From Eubacteriales bacterium (GTDB taxonomy: Bacteria; Bacillota; Clostridia; Oscillospirales; CAG-382), in contig JAZQKV010000086.1 in the NCBI GenBank assembly GCA_045542335.1, forward strand, positions 1,478 through 65,477: DNA of 64,000 nt, given 5' to 3'. The notes under the pieces were generated by a model. The model worked only from the letters and a program-made list of their open reading frames with translations. It was not told where the DNA came from and searched no databases. A program made the position numbers and the translations under genes. Position 1 is the first letter of the stretch. Each line of letters begins with the position of its first letter. This document shows, in pieces, positions 7,870 to 17,586 of this stretch.

Positions 7870-9159
7870 ATGAAATTTTTCAAGCCATTTGAAATGCCCG
7901 TTCCACCGACATTTCCCGATAGAATCTTTGATATAAGAGATTATGGTGCAATTGACAACGCCGACGGTGAAACATCATCCTGGCAAGCCATTAAGAATGC
8001 CATCAAAGCCTGCAACGAAGCCGGAGGCGGCAGAGTGCTTTTTCCTGCAGGAACCTGGCACACCGGACCGATTCACCTTATGGACAATGTAAATCTTCAT
8101 TTTGAGGATGGCTGTTACGTCCATTTCAGCGAAAATTTTTACGACTATCTTCCCACAGTTTTTGGCATACTTGGTGGAAACCGCTGTTACAGCCCATCTC
8201 ATTTTCTTTACGCCTACAAATGCAAAAACATTGCAATAACCGGAAGCGGAACACTTGACGGTCACGGCAAAGCGTGGTGGTATATGAAGCATCATCAACC
8301 CGGAATGGAAGATCTCACCCTTAAGGGAAGGCTTCGTCGTCCCCTCTCTGAACGTGTTTATGACAAGCCGGAAGACGGTGTTCGCCCAAGAATGTTACAG
8401 TTTGTCGAGTGTGAAAACGTGCTTATTGAGGGCATAACAATGAAAAACAGTCCGTCCTGGACGGTTCATCCTGCATGGTGCAAGAACATAATTGTGCGTG
8501 GACTTACAATCAGAAATCCTCATGATGCTCCCAATACTGACGGCGTAAACTTTGACTCCTGCAAGCGCGGACTTATTGAGCATTGCAACGTAAAAACCGG
8601 CGACGACATGGTATGTCTCAAGGCAGGAAAGGACCAGGATGCATGGGATGTGGGTGTGCCATGCGAGGACATTGTTGTCCGCTATTGTACGGCTGAGGGC
8701 GGTCATGGCGGGCTTACAATCGGAAGCGAAACAAGCGCCTGCATCAAGAACGCCTACATACATGATTGCACCTTCGGCAAGCTTTTCAGCGCCGCAAGAA
8801 TCAAGACCATGAAAGGCAGAGGCGGTTATGTTGAGAATATCGACTTTGAAAACTTTACCATACAGTGTGCAACAAATCAGGCAATTTCCATAACCATGCG
8901 TTACACCGGTGAACCGCTTGATGACCAGTCAAAGCCTCTCGAAAATATGCCCGAAATCCGGAACATTTCCGTAAACAACTTGAAGTGCGTGGACTCCAAT
9001 GCAGGTATTGAGCTTTACGGAATCAAGGGCTACGAGCTTAAAAACATACATCTGTCAAATCTTGATATCCGCAGTGCACGCCCGGTTTTTGCGGAAAATG
9101 TGCTTGGTCTGAATATGGAAAACGTAAATCTCCACCAGGGTGAAGAACAGGAAAAATAA
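7870..9159 (+). CDS. Glycoside hydrolase family 28 (exo-polygalacturonase / rhamnogalacturonase-like), no signal peptide
   Basis: The four GH28 signature blocks are present: NTDGVNFDSC, GDDMVCLKAG, GGHGGLTIGSE and ARIKT. The RBS GGAGG lies 6 nt upstream of the ATG. Confidence 0.85.
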   Translation: MKFFKPFEMPVPPTFPDRIFDIRDYGAIDNADGETSSWQAIKNAIKACNEAGGGRVLFPAGTWHTGPIHLMDNVNLHFEDGCYVHFSENFYDYLPTVFGILGGNRCYSPSHFLYAYKCKNIAITGSGTLDGHGKAWWYMKHHQPGMEDLTLKGRLRRPLSERVYDKPEDGVRPRMLQFVECENVLIEGITMKNSPSWTVHPAWCKNIIVRGLTIRNPHDAPNTDGVNFDSCKRGLIEHCNVKTGDDMVCLKAGKDQDAWDVGVPCEDIVVRYCTAEGGHGGLTIGSETSACIKNAYIHDCTFGKLFSAARIKTMKGRGGYVENIDFENFTIQCATNQAISITMRYTGEPLDDQSKPLENMPEIRNISVNNLKCVDSNAGIELYGIKGYELKNIHLSNLDIRSARPVFAENVLGLNMENVNLHQGEEQEK

Positions 9160-9161
9160 TC

Positions 9162-10046
9162 ATGGGATATATTTTTATTCTTTTAACATCAATTTTCAAT
9201 GTAACCAAAGGGTTATGCTCAAAAAAGGCAAGCTACAAAATGGATTGTCTTTCGGACAACATAAACATGAACCTTCTTCGAAACTCAATGTGTGTCATAC
9301 TCGGTGCTTTGTTTATTTTGTTCATTGGCAACGGCGAGTTTTCCATGCCTCCGATGGGGTTGTTTATATGCACCTGCTCGGGAGCTGTCATGGCTTTCAG
9401 TTATGTTGTATGGGTAATGTCGCTTAAAACCGACTCCTATATGTTTGCAAGTGCCGCAAACAATGCAGGCTTCATCATTGCAGCTCTGTGCGGAATTCTC
9501 TTTTTTGGAGAAAAGTTAACTATCTGCAAGGCATTTGCTATATTGTTCATTATTATAGCCCTATACTTTATGACGCTTTATCAGACATCTTTTGACAAAA
9601 AGCCGTCTGCACATGATATTTTTGTGTTGGTACTTGTTTTTGCAAGCTCCGGTCTTAACGCCACTGTGCAAAAGTGGTTTACCGTAGCTCTTCCGGGCAC
9701 TGCTGTTCACCTTTATACCTTCTACACATTCATTGTATCCGTTATTCTTCTTTCAGTTTATCGCCTTATTTCACGTTCCCCTAAAACCGTGTCTGATGAG
9801 GTTGCAACCATGAAAACCGTTTTCCCACTAGTGGTGATAATGAGCTTTTCCCTTTACGGTGCAACATATTTTCAGGCTCTTGCGGCAACAATGCTTGATG
9901 CAGTTGTGCTTTATCCCACAAGCAATGCTATCAACCTTATCGGAGGAAGTATAATGGCGTGGATTATGTTTGGTGAAAAGCCGAACAAATACAGCATCAT
10001 AGGCACAGTTCTCATCTTCATCGCACTTGTCATGTCACGATTCTGA
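9162..10046 (+). CDS. Polytopic membrane transporter, DMT/EamA-like (about 10 TM helices), co-transcribed with GH28
   Basis: The protein is hydrophobic throughout and shows a two-fold internal pattern of about 5+5 helices. The start lies 3 nt after the GH28 stop. The family assignment is by general appearance only. Confidence 0.55.
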   Translation: MGYIFILLTSIFNVTKGLCSKKASYKMDCLSDNINMNLLRNSMCVILGALFILFIGNGEFSMPPMGLFICTCSGAVMAFSYVVWVMSLKTDSYMFASAANNAGFIIAALCGILFFGEKLTICKAFAILFIIIALYFMTLYQTSFDKKPSAHDIFVLVLVFASSGLNATVQKWFTVALPGTAVHLYTFYTFIVSVILLSVYRLISRSPKTVSDEVATMKTVFPLVVIMSFSLYGATYFQALAATMLDAVVLYPTSNAINLIGGSIMAWIMFGEKPNKYSIIGTVLIFIALVMSRF

Positions 10047-10139
10047 TATATCGTATATAATAAATCGGGGATTTCCCAAAAGCTTTCGTGCAGTGTTGAT
10101 GTGCGTGCTTTTGCGAAATCCCCCATACTTTTCCAACCT

Positions 10140-10215
10140 ATTTAGATTTTTTTCTAAATACCTCTTGACAAAGTCAGAAAGATGTGATATAATCTATTTA
10201 GAAAGCTTTCTAAAT
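10140..10215 (+). promoter_or_regulatory. Consensus sigma-A promoter flanked by two identical-half-site inverted repeats (probable SdpR/ArsR operators)
   Basis: The promoter is TTGACA (10165-10170)-17 nt-TGATATAAT (10188-10193). IR1 is ATTTAGA-TTTTTT-TCTAAAT (10140-10159). IR2 is ATTTAGA-AAGCTT-TCTAAAT (10196-10215). Confidence 0.7.
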
Positions 10216-10234
10216 ATCTGCAAAGGAGATTACA

Positions 10235-10513
10235 ATGGGACTTAACGAAACATTAAAAGCACTGTCCGACCCTGTAAGGCGTGACATACTGAATATGCTG
10301 AAGGACGGCAAAAAATCCGCAGGGGAAATTGCCGAGCATTTCAACCTCACGGGTGCAACTGTGTCATACCATCTTTCAAAGCTCAAAAGTGCAGACCTTG
10401 TTGCGGAGGAAAAATATAAGAATTTCATATATTACGAGCTTAACACCTCGGTTTTTGAGGAGTTGCTTTCATGGATTTATATGTTTGGAGGTAAAAATGA
10501 TGAAAACAATTAA
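10235..10513 (+). CDS. ArsR/SmtB-family transcriptional repressor, SdpR-like
   Basis: LKALSDPVRRDILNMLKDGKKSAGEIAEHFNLTGATVSYHLSKLKSADLV is a typical ArsR wHTH. The protein is 92 aa and lies upstream of an SdpI-like membrane protein. Confidence 0.85.
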   Translation: MGLNETLKALSDPVRRDILNMLKDGKKSAGEIAEHFNLTGATVSYHLSKLKSADLVAEEKYKNFIYYELNTSVFEELLSWIYMFGGKNDENN

Positions 10514-11111
10514 ATGGAAAATACTTGTTATCACCTGTCTTGTATGCCTTGCTTCGGTTCTGCCGGGCATTCTGATGTGGAAACAGCTTCCCGACACAAT
10601 GGCAATTCACTTTGACATAAACAACAATCCCGACGGCTTTGCTTCAAAAGGCTTTGCTGTGTTCGGATTTCCGCTTATGATGGTGGCACTTCAGATTATC
10701 TGCTGTGTTATCAACGACGTAAATGCACGCAAGCACGGGGAAAGAAAAAAGTTTGAGAGAGTGACAAAATGGATACTCCCCTGCATGGCAATAATCCTGC
10801 AGACACTTACCGTTGCTTTTTCCCTGGGCATGGACATTGATGTGAGAAAATGTGCCGCACTCATTGTGGGTGTGATTTTTCTTGCAATCGGAAACTATCT
10901 TCCAAAGTTTGACTATATCAAAAATGCTGATGTTGACACTTCGAAAGCACGAAGAATCAACCGTTTTATAGGGATCGAAACAGTTATCATGGGAGTTCTT
11001 TTTATTGTGAGCATTTTTTTGCCGTCGGTTGTGAGTCTTGTTTGTCTTTGGCTGCTCATTCCATATGCAATTATTGCAATTATTTACAGCGTGGTTATTT
11101 GCCGCAAATAG
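10497..11111 (+). CDS. SdpI/YhfL-family membrane protein with an N-terminal DUF1648-like segment
   Basis: I chose the ATG at 10497 (MMKTIKWK) with RBS GGAGGT 5 nt upstream. The longer ORF-track start at 10329 overlaps sdpR and has no RBS. Motifs are LPDTMAIHFDINNNPDGFASK and IGNYLPK, and the protein has 4-5 TM helices. Confidence 0.65.
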   Translation: MMKTIKWKILVITCLVCLASVLPGILMWKQLPDTMAIHFDINNNPDGFASKGFAVFGFPLMMVALQIICCVINDVNARKHGERKKFERVTKWILPCMAIILQTLTVAFSLGMDIDVRKCAALIVGVIFLAIGNYLPKFDYIKNADVDTSKARRINRFIGIETVIMGVLFIVSIFLPSVVSLVCLWLLIPYAIIAIIYSVVICRK

Positions 11112-11183
11112 TCTGACTTGCAGTTACAATCGTGGGAAATCAAAAAACTTTACCAAAAACTTGCAAAAAAATCAGAAAACGTA

Positions 11184-11212
11184 TTGCAAAAAGGGAAATG
11201 TTGTGATATAAT
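11184..11212 (+). promoter_or_regulatory. Sigma-A promoter of galT
   Basis: TTGCAA-17 nt-TGATATAAT (extended -10). Confidence 0.6.
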
Positions 11213-11256
11213 ATAAAAGTTAATGCTAAATTGAAAATATTGGAGCGTGCAAAAAC

Positions 11257-12753
11257 ATGATATATCAAAACATTGATAAGCTTGTATCCTACGGCATTCT
11301 CACAGGAATGATCGACAAATCCGACAGTATGTATGTGAGAAACCGTCTTCTGACAAAGCTCGGACTTGATTCTTATGAGGAAACAGGTGCTGTTTGTGCC
11401 GACATTTCCGAACTTGACGGTATTCTTGAGGGTATTCTCGACTACGCCGCCGAAAACGGACTTCTCGAAAACAACAGCGTTGTTTACCGTGACATTTTCG
11501 ACACAGAAATTATGGATACCCTTACCCCCTATCCCTCAACCGTCATAAACACTTTCAACTCTCTTTACGAAAAATCCTCCAAGGCGGCGACCGACTATTT
11601 TTATAAGCTTTCCTGCGACAGCAACTACATCCGCCGTGGACGCATTGCAAAGGACGTTAAATGGGAGGTAGATTCAAAATACGGCGAGATTGAAATAACA
11701 ATCAACCGTTCAAAACCCGAAAAAGACCCCAAGGCAATTGCGGCGGCAAAGCTCGTTAAGCAGTCGTCTTACCCTAAATGCCAGCTTTGCGTTGAAAATG
11801 AAGGTTACGGCGGACGTGTGAATCATCCTGCACGTCAGAATCACAGAATTATCCCCATTGAAATTGCCGGTGGAAAGTGGTGCTTCCAGTATTCGCCCTA
11901 TGTTTACTACAATGAGCACTGCATTGTTTTCAATTCAGAGCACATTCCTATGGTAATTGATGAAAAGGTTTTCGGAAAGCTCCTTGATTTTGTGACACGT
12001 TTCAATCACTATATAATCGGCTCAAATGCAGATCTCCCCATTGTAGGCGGTTCAATTCTCACCCATGAACATTTTCAGGGCGGCAACCATGTTTTCGCAA
12101 TGCACAAGGCAAAGAGCGACAAGTTTTACAGCATAAAGGGCTATGAGGACGTTGAAGTAAGCCGTGTTGAATGGCCGATGTCTGTTATCCGCATAAAGGG
12201 CACACACAAAGAAAAGCTGACAGCTCTTGCATCAAAGATACTTGCCTCATGGCGTGCCTACACCGACAAGGATGCATTTATTTTTGCCGAAACCGACGGT
12301 GTACCTCACAACACAATCACCCCCATTGCCTCCATGGCAGATGGTAAATACACCCTTGACCTTGTTCTTCGCAACAACATCACCACCGACGAGCATCCCA
12401 TGGGCGTTTACCATCCTCATGCCGAGCTTCACCACATCAAGAAAGAGAACATCGGCCTTATCGAAGTTATGGGTCTTGCGGTGCTGCCTTCAAGACTTGT
12501 TGAGGAGCTTGATGCTGTGGCAAATGCTATTCTCACGGGTGCAGACATGAGTGCGGATGAAAAAACAGCGGCTCATGCAGAGTGGGCAAAAGCAGTTGTT
12601 GCTTCAAATCCCGGAATCACAAAGGAAAATGTAATGGATATTCTCCACAAGGAAGTTGGCAAGGTTTTTGTTGAAGTTCTTGAACACGCAGGCGTTTACA
12701 AGAGAGATGAAAATGGTCTTGCGGCATTTGACAGATTCATGGCACAGCTTTAA
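11257..12753 (+). CDS. galT: UDP-glucose--hexose-1-phosphate uridylyltransferase (galactose-1-phosphate uridylyltransferase, long Gram-positive type)
   Basis: The protein is 498 aa. Matching segments include YPKCQLCVENEGYGGRVNHPARQNHR, GSNADLPIVGGSILTHEHFQGG and VLRNNITT. Confidence 0.88.
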   Translation: MIYQNIDKLVSYGILTGMIDKSDSMYVRNRLLTKLGLDSYEETGAVCADISELDGILEGILDYAAENGLLENNSVVYRDIFDTEIMDTLTPYPSTVINTFNSLYEKSSKAATDYFYKLSCDSNYIRRGRIAKDVKWEVDSKYGEIEITINRSKPEKDPKAIAAAKLVKQSSYPKCQLCVENEGYGGRVNHPARQNHRIIPIEIAGGKWCFQYSPYVYYNEHCIVFNSEHIPMVIDEKVFGKLLDFVTRFNHYIIGSNADLPIVGGSILTHEHFQGGNHVFAMHKAKSDKFYSIKGYEDVEVSRVEWPMSVIRIKGTHKEKLTALASKILASWRAYTDKDAFIFAETDGVPHNTITPIASMADGKYTLDLVLRNNITTDEHPMGVYHPHAELHHIKKENIGLIEVMGLAVLPSRLVEELDAVANAILTGADMSADEKTAAHAEWAKAVVASNPGITKENVMDILHKEVGKVFVEVLEHAGVYKRDENGLAAFDRFMAQL

Positions 12754-12781
12754 ATATATTACTGAATAGGAGACATTTCTC

Positions 12782-14164
12782 ATGAAAAGAATAATTTGCT
12801 TTTTAACAGCCCTCATAATGTGTTTCAGCCTTTGCGCCGTAAATGTTTTTGCAGACGGTGATTTTCTCGACTCCTGCATCAGCATTGACGACGGTGAACA
12901 GTTTTCACTTACCACCGCAAAAAGTGGAAGCGGTTGGACATACGACGGAAACTACACCCTCACCCTTGAAAACTTCAACGGAAGAAAGATTTATTTTTGT
13001 TCAAGCTACGAGGATAACCACAATCTCACCGTTGTTTTAAAGGGAAATAATGTTATTGCCGAGGGAATCATATCCGCAGACCACGCCGACACCGAGGGTC
13101 TTCGCTATGGCGTTATCACATTCACTGGCGATGGCACTCTCAAAGCAGGCTACCTTGCCGGTGGAACATATGTTATCAGCGCAAAAGAGGTTTCTACAAA
13201 CGGAACTCTTGGAATGCACCTCAGAAAGCTTGAAGTCACCAAGGGCGCAGTTGCAAATGTGGTTGAAAACAGCAGTGGCGGCTCTCTCAACGACAGCGAA
13301 GTGACTCTCAATATATGCGGCGGCGTTTTGAATATTTATAACAATCAGCAGAGCTATTTCAATGTTGAAAAAGAAAAGCGTATAATCAAGGACGGCGGCG
13401 TTATCAATCTTATAAACGGCTCAGATTCTTCCGCACTCAGCATGAGATATGACAGCACCGCTTTCTTAAGCTACCTATTTACAGATATGGACGGAAATCC
13501 CGCAGAACTCGAACTCAACCGCTTTGGAAACATCAGCGGAGATGTTGTTTCAAGCGCAAACCCCACAGCTCCCCTTTCAAAGCTCATGATCCGTGAATTC
13601 ATGCTTATTTCAAAGGGTGGAAACAAGGTTGACAAATGGGCGCAGGACAGCATAAACAAGGTTATTGATGGCGGACTTATGCCCTCCTGTCTTGCAGGCA
13701 AGGATCTGACGGTTAACATCAGCCGTGCAGAATTTGCCTCTGTCGCAGTTAAGCTTTATGAAAAAATGGGCGGCACAAAACCCGAAATGCAAGACCTTCC
13801 TTTTGCCGATCTCGGCGGTCTTTCCGAAACGCTTTATTATGATATTCAAAAGGCTTATTCCCTTGGACTTATAAATGGTGTAAGCGCAACCTCCTTTGCC
13901 CCTGCTTCTTCTCTCACAAGAGAACAGGCATCGACAATTCTTTTCAGAATTTACGCAAAGCTCGGCGGCAAAGCTGATGCCACTAATGCAAACCCATTTG
14001 CAGACAACGATAGCATTTCCACATGGGCAAAGGATGCGGTTTACTTCATGGCATCAAAGGGTATTCTGAACGGTGTCGGAAGCAATAACTTTGCTCCCAA
14101 AAACAACACTCAGGCACAACAGGCACTTATCATCGCCTTGAGAATGCTTGAAGCCCTTGCATAA
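12782..14164 (+). CDS. Secreted cell-wall-anchored protein with an N-terminal domain of unknown function and three C-terminal SLH repeats
   Basis: The signal peptide is MKRIICFLTALIMCFSLCAVNVFA. SLH-like repeats are WAQDSINKVIDGGLMP..ISRAEFASVAVKLY, FADLGG..AYSLGLINGVSATSFAPASSLTREQASTILFRIY and FADNDSISTWAKDAVYFMASKGILNGVGSNNFAP. Confidence 0.8.
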   Translation: MKRIICFLTALIMCFSLCAVNVFADGDFLDSCISIDDGEQFSLTTAKSGSGWTYDGNYTLTLENFNGRKIYFCSSYEDNHNLTVVLKGNNVIAEGIISADHADTEGLRYGVITFTGDGTLKAGYLAGGTYVISAKEVSTNGTLGMHLRKLEVTKGAVANVVENSSGGSLNDSEVTLNICGGVLNIYNNQQSYFNVEKEKRIIKDGGVINLINGSDSSALSMRYDSTAFLSYLFTDMDGNPAELELNRFGNISGDVVSSANPTAPLSKLMIREFMLISKGGNKVDKWAQDSINKVIDGGLMPSCLAGKDLTVNISRAEFASVAVKLYEKMGGTKPEMQDLPFADLGGLSETLYYDIQKAYSLGLINGVSATSFAPASSLTREQASTILFRIYAKLGGKADATNANPFADNDSISTWAKDAVYFMASKGILNGVGSNNFAPKNNTQAQQALIIALRMLEALA

Positions 14165-14182
14165 ACAATGCATATAAAAAAC

Positions 14183-14227
14183 ACATCGGATGTGCAACTT
14201 CACGTTTCGCATCCGATGTTTCTTTTT
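14183..14227. terminator. Bidirectional rho-independent terminator between convergent genes
   Basis: ACATCGGATG / CATCCGATGT forms a 10-bp stem. A-rich sequence lies on the 5' side and TTCTTTTT on the 3' side. Confidence 0.8.
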
Positions 14228-14238
14228 AAAGACGACTG

Positions 14239-15138
14239 TCATTCCAACGACTTGCGGTATTCTCCGGGCGACACTCCGAATTGCTCCCTGAAAACCTTGC
14301 AAAAATATGCACAGTCTTTGAAACCCGCTTGTTCAGCGATTAGAGATATTGCCATATTTGTACCGGCGAGCAATTCCCTCGCACTTTCAAGGCGTTTCAT
14401 TCGTATATACTTTTTAGGAGACATACCAAAGTTTTCAAAAAAGTAGTTGTGCACAGTTCTTGTTGTTATACCGAAATGCAGTGCAATGCTCCCAAGGGTC
14501 AGATTGTATGAAAGATTCTCAGCAACATATTTTGAAAGCTCTTTTGCCATACCGCCGCTTTCAACCTTGTCTTCCGCTTTTGTCTGAAAATCCTGCCCGT
14601 TTTTGATTTTCCGGATCACCCCCGCCAACTCAAGCACCGTGCTCATCACCTTTTCGGGAGGATCCTCAACTATCTTTGCTTCATCAAAAATGCGGTGAAA
14701 ATAGTATGAGACATTATGCGATGAATCAGTATGGACAACATCAAAGGGTGTTTCAAACCCAAAAACCGCTTCCACACAATCGAAGAAACTTCCACTTCCG
14801 CAAAAGCTTATTTTTGTAAAAGGAACTTCACTATCCGTCCAATAACTCACGCCCTCAACCGCACCGATGTAAAAAAAGTCACCTTTGTTTAATTCTTTCA
14901 CAACTCCATCGCATTTGATATAACCTTTGCCGGAAACAATAAATTGAAACGAATAATGGTATTTATAGTGTTCGATAGCATAGTTTTTATGAGGATATGA
15001 AATACCTGTAGCATTCAGATAGAAATGCGAATTTACCGGCTCTCTGTTCAGATAAATGAATCTATCATTGAATCTTGGCAATGCCGTCACACGTCGTTTT
15101 ATAATTCTCCCCCCCTTATATGTCAAAAGCTTTATCAA
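14239..15138 (-). CDS. AraC-family transcriptional regulator (cupin-like N-terminal domain + HTH_18)
   Basis: The C-terminus is LGSIALHFGITTRTVHNYF..ISLIAEQAGFKDCAYFCKVFREQFGVSPGEYRK. The start is uncertain: the ORF track uses a TTG at 15138 and there is no clear RBS. Confidence 0.85.
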   Translation of the reverse strand: MIKLLTYKGGRIIKRRVTALPRFNDRFIYLNREPVNSHFYLNATGISYPHKNYAIEHYKYHYSFQFIVSGKGYIKCDGVVKELNKGDFFYIGAVEGVSYWTDSEVPFTKISFCGSGSFFDCVEAVFGFETPFDVVHTDSSHNVSYYFHRIFDEAKIVEDPPEKVMSTVLELAGVIRKIKNGQDFQTKAEDKVESGGMAKELSKYVAENLSYNLTLGSIALHFGITTRTVHNYFFENFGMSPKKYIRMKRLESARELLAGTNMAISLIAEQAGFKDCAYFCKVFREQFGVSPGEYRKSLE

Positions 15139-15223
15139 CTAGATTCTATCCCATGTTTTTAAATTCAGAAAAAACACGCCGTTAATTTTCTTGAAATTCA
15201 TATTCTATTTTCTTTATAATACA

Positions 15224-15252
15224 TTGACGCCATATCTTTTAAGGTGTATAAT
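15224..15252 (+). promoter_or_regulatory. Sigma-A promoter
   Basis: TTGACG-17 nt-TATAAT, 44 nt upstream of the ATG at 15296. Confidence 0.55.
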
Positions 15253-15295
15253 AACGACAGTGTAGGAATTTTACATATAGAAAGGGACTCAACAA

Positions 15296-17512
15296 ATGAA
15301 AAACCTCCGGATATCAAAAGGCGCTCTTGTATTATTTCTGTGCGTCATTGTGCTTTTTTGCACTGTCAATATGTTCTCTCACAAAGCCTCTGCGGCAACT
15401 ATTAGTGAAGCAAGTCTCGCCGAAACCCATGTCCTCCTTGACTGGCAACCCACTGCTTGCGCTTTCTGGGAATCCACAAGCCGCATAGATCTTGCCATAA
15501 GCCCCAATGATGATTTTTATAAAAAATTTGTCTCATCTGCTGTCAGATTCACAAAAGATGACATCCCCGTCGGAAGTGTGATTTACATTGATTCCGGGTA
15601 TCAATACCGCCCTGATGGCTGGCAAACCGCAACAGGAAAAAACACTGCGACCCGTCCCGGAAATGTCACAACCTCATGCATTGAGGTTGACGAAACATGG
15701 TGGGGTAATTTTACACTGCGTGCCTTTAATGTAAGCCGTCCCGACGGTGCTTTGCTGAATGAAAAAGTTGACGAAGTTGAAAAGGCTCTGAGAATATACG
15801 TTCCCCGAAAATACCCTTATACCGAATTTACGTGGGAAAACGGCTTCTACGATTCCACCAAAGGCTCAACAATCGCAACCGGGACCGACCTTGCCAAAAA
15901 GTTTGTCGCAACACAGATTTTTTCAAAAGATCAGATTCCCGTAGGCTCTGTTATTACCATTGATTCAGGTTATCAATACCGTGCGAATCTCTGGGTTAAT
16001 ACGAGTACAAACGCATCGTCAAGACCGAATAATGTCACAACCGCAAGTGTCACCGTCACCGATACATGGTGGGGAAGTTATAACTATGTTGCCTTCAATA
16101 TATCCACCACCTCTCTTGCCGATATAAGCAGCAACTATCTCGAGGTTGCGTCCCACTTCAACATTACGCTTCCCGACGGTACAAAGTTTGTTCACCCCGA
16201 AGCAGAAGATCCGGTCGATCCGAATCCCGTTGTTATTCCCGACGATGATTCAGCTGTCCGTATTCTTTCCATTGGTAACAGCTATTCCGGCGATGCCACC
16301 ATATATGCGGGAAAAATCGCAGACGGTCTTGGGATAAAAGCGGAGTTCTACAACCTTTATTACGGTGGATGTACTATCGAGAATCATTATAATTTCTATC
16401 AGAGTGACAGTGCCCAATATGACTTTTATAAAGATATGACAGAATATGTAAGCACCAAAGTCACACTGAAGAATGTACTTGAAGCGGCACAGTTTGACTA
16501 TATTACATTCCAGCAAGGGTCGTGGCAATCTGACGATTATGCAAATTATGCACTTCTTGATGAGCTTATGGCGATTGCGAGAGAGTATCAGCCCGATGCC
16601 GAATTTTTGATTCACCAAACATGGGGGTACTGTGAAGCGAGAGCTTGTAGCGGGGATGCAGATCATACAACCGGATACAAAGGCTATGCAACAAGTGCTG
16701 ATATGTTCACAAAAGTTGAAGAGTGTTATGCAAATGCGGCTGCCGACAACGGAAACCTTAGAATAATCAAAAGCGGTAGGGCGATTGAACTTGCAAAAAC
16801 AGTTTTCACATACACAGACGATTATGGCAAAGAAAACTCCGTTTATTCCGACTTCAACTCGCATCTTTCAGGCAAAGGTGACTACATTGCCGGCTGTGTG
16901 TTTGTGGAAACCATTTTCGGTGATGATGAAGCAGATGTAAGAAATACAAGCTTTACTGCCGGTTTCGACGATGCCTATGTTCTGCGTGAAATTGCACATC
17001 AGGTTGTACACTCAACAAGCGGTGCCGCAATCTCATTTAACAGCAATATCTCCCCTACATATGCTCCCATCATGAAAAGTGCCGACAAGGATGGCTTTAA
17101 TTATGATGGCAGAACACGTCTTACTCTTACAAATGCCGCAAGCGGAAAAACCGTGATGGTTGTATATCAGAACTCCGACGGCACATTCCCCTCCCTTGAA
17201 TATATGCCTGAGGGAACCTTTAATCTCACAGCCGAGAAAAGCGGCTTTTTGCCCACCACTTTAAGCGTTTCGCTTACCCGTGATGGCAATACTACACTTC
17301 CCGGATTCTCCCTTGTCCCCGGCGACATAAAGGAAAATGAATCGGATTTTTCCGGTGACGGAATTATTGATATTGATGATTTACTTAGAATTTTAAGAGC
17401 GTTTACAAATAACTGCACTGAATATCTGAAAACAATAACCGATCTTAACGGCAACGGCGTTGCTGATGTGGAAGATTTTTCCCATGTCAAAGCAGGACTT
17501 ATATCGAAATAA
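15296..17512 (+). CDS. Secreted dockerin protein with a duplicated N-terminal domain of unknown function, a DUF4886/SGNH-like esterase domain, and an X-module + C-terminal dockerin
   Basis: A signal peptide is present. The tandem units of about 124 aa carry KKFV..F.KD.IPVGSVI.IDSGYQYR..W...RP.NVTT...WWG..AFN.S. ILSIGNSYSGDA is a GDSL-like block I. The X-module reads GTFNLTAEKSGFLPTTLSVSL, and the dockerin reads GDGIIDIDDLLRILRAF..DLNGNGVADVEDFSHVKAGL. Confidence 0.75.
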   Translation: MKNLRISKGALVLFLCVIVLFCTVNMFSHKASAATISEASLAETHVLLDWQPTACAFWESTSRIDLAISPNDDFYKKFVSSAVRFTKDDIPVGSVIYIDSGYQYRPDGWQTATGKNTATRPGNVTTSCIEVDETWWGNFTLRAFNVSRPDGALLNEKVDEVEKALRIYVPRKYPYTEFTWENGFYDSTKGSTIATGTDLAKKFVATQIFSKDQIPVGSVITIDSGYQYRANLWVNTSTNASSRPNNVTTASVTVTDTWWGSYNYVAFNISTTSLADISSNYLEVASHFNITLPDGTKFVHPEAEDPVDPNPVVIPDDDSAVRILSIGNSYSGDATIYAGKIADGLGIKAEFYNLYYGGCTIENHYNFYQSDSAQYDFYKDMTEYVSTKVTLKNVLEAAQFDYITFQQGSWQSDDYANYALLDELMAIAREYQPDAEFLIHQTWGYCEARACSGDADHTTGYKGYATSADMFTKVEECYANAAADNGNLRIIKSGRAIELAKTVFTYTDDYGKENSVYSDFNSHLSGKGDYIAGCVFVETIFGDDEADVRNTSFTAGFDDAYVLREIAHQVVHSTSGAAISFNSNISPTYAPIMKSADKDGFNYDGRTRLTLTNAASGKTVMVVYQNSDGTFPSLEYMPEGTFNLTAEKSGFLPTTLSVSLTRDGNTTLPGFSLVPGDIKENESDFSGDGIIDIDDLLRILRAFTNNCTEYLKTITDLNGNGVADVEDFSHVKAGLISK
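17354..17500 (+). other. Dockerin module (subtype A), C-terminal
   Basis: GDGIIDIDDLLRILRAFTNNCTEYLKTITDLNGNGVADVEDFSHVKAGL. Confidence 0.75.
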
Positions 17513-17530
17513 TCCCATAATATGTTTTAA

Positions 17531-17570
17531 GCGGACTAACCCGTTCTCTCCCGGGTTAGTCCGCTTTTTT
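17531..17570 (+). terminator. Rho-independent terminator
   Basis: GCGGACTAACCCG / CGGGTTAGTCCGC forms a 13-bp stem followed by TTTTTT. Confidence 0.9.
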
Positions 17571-17586
17571 CATATTAATTTGTTAT

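Noticed and set aside
10329-10496. 5' extension of the SdpI-like ORF (ORF-track start at 10329), which overlaps the sdpR gene.
   Set aside because: - The extension has no RBS and overlaps most of sdpR in another frame.
- The ATG at 10497 has a GGAGGT RBS and begins a typical K-rich/TM N-terminus.
11760-11800. CxxC motif in GalT (KCQLC) as a possible additional heme site.
   Set aside because: It is CxxC followed by V rather than H, and it sits in a cytoplasmic enzyme where this motif is the known metal-binding site of the GalT family.
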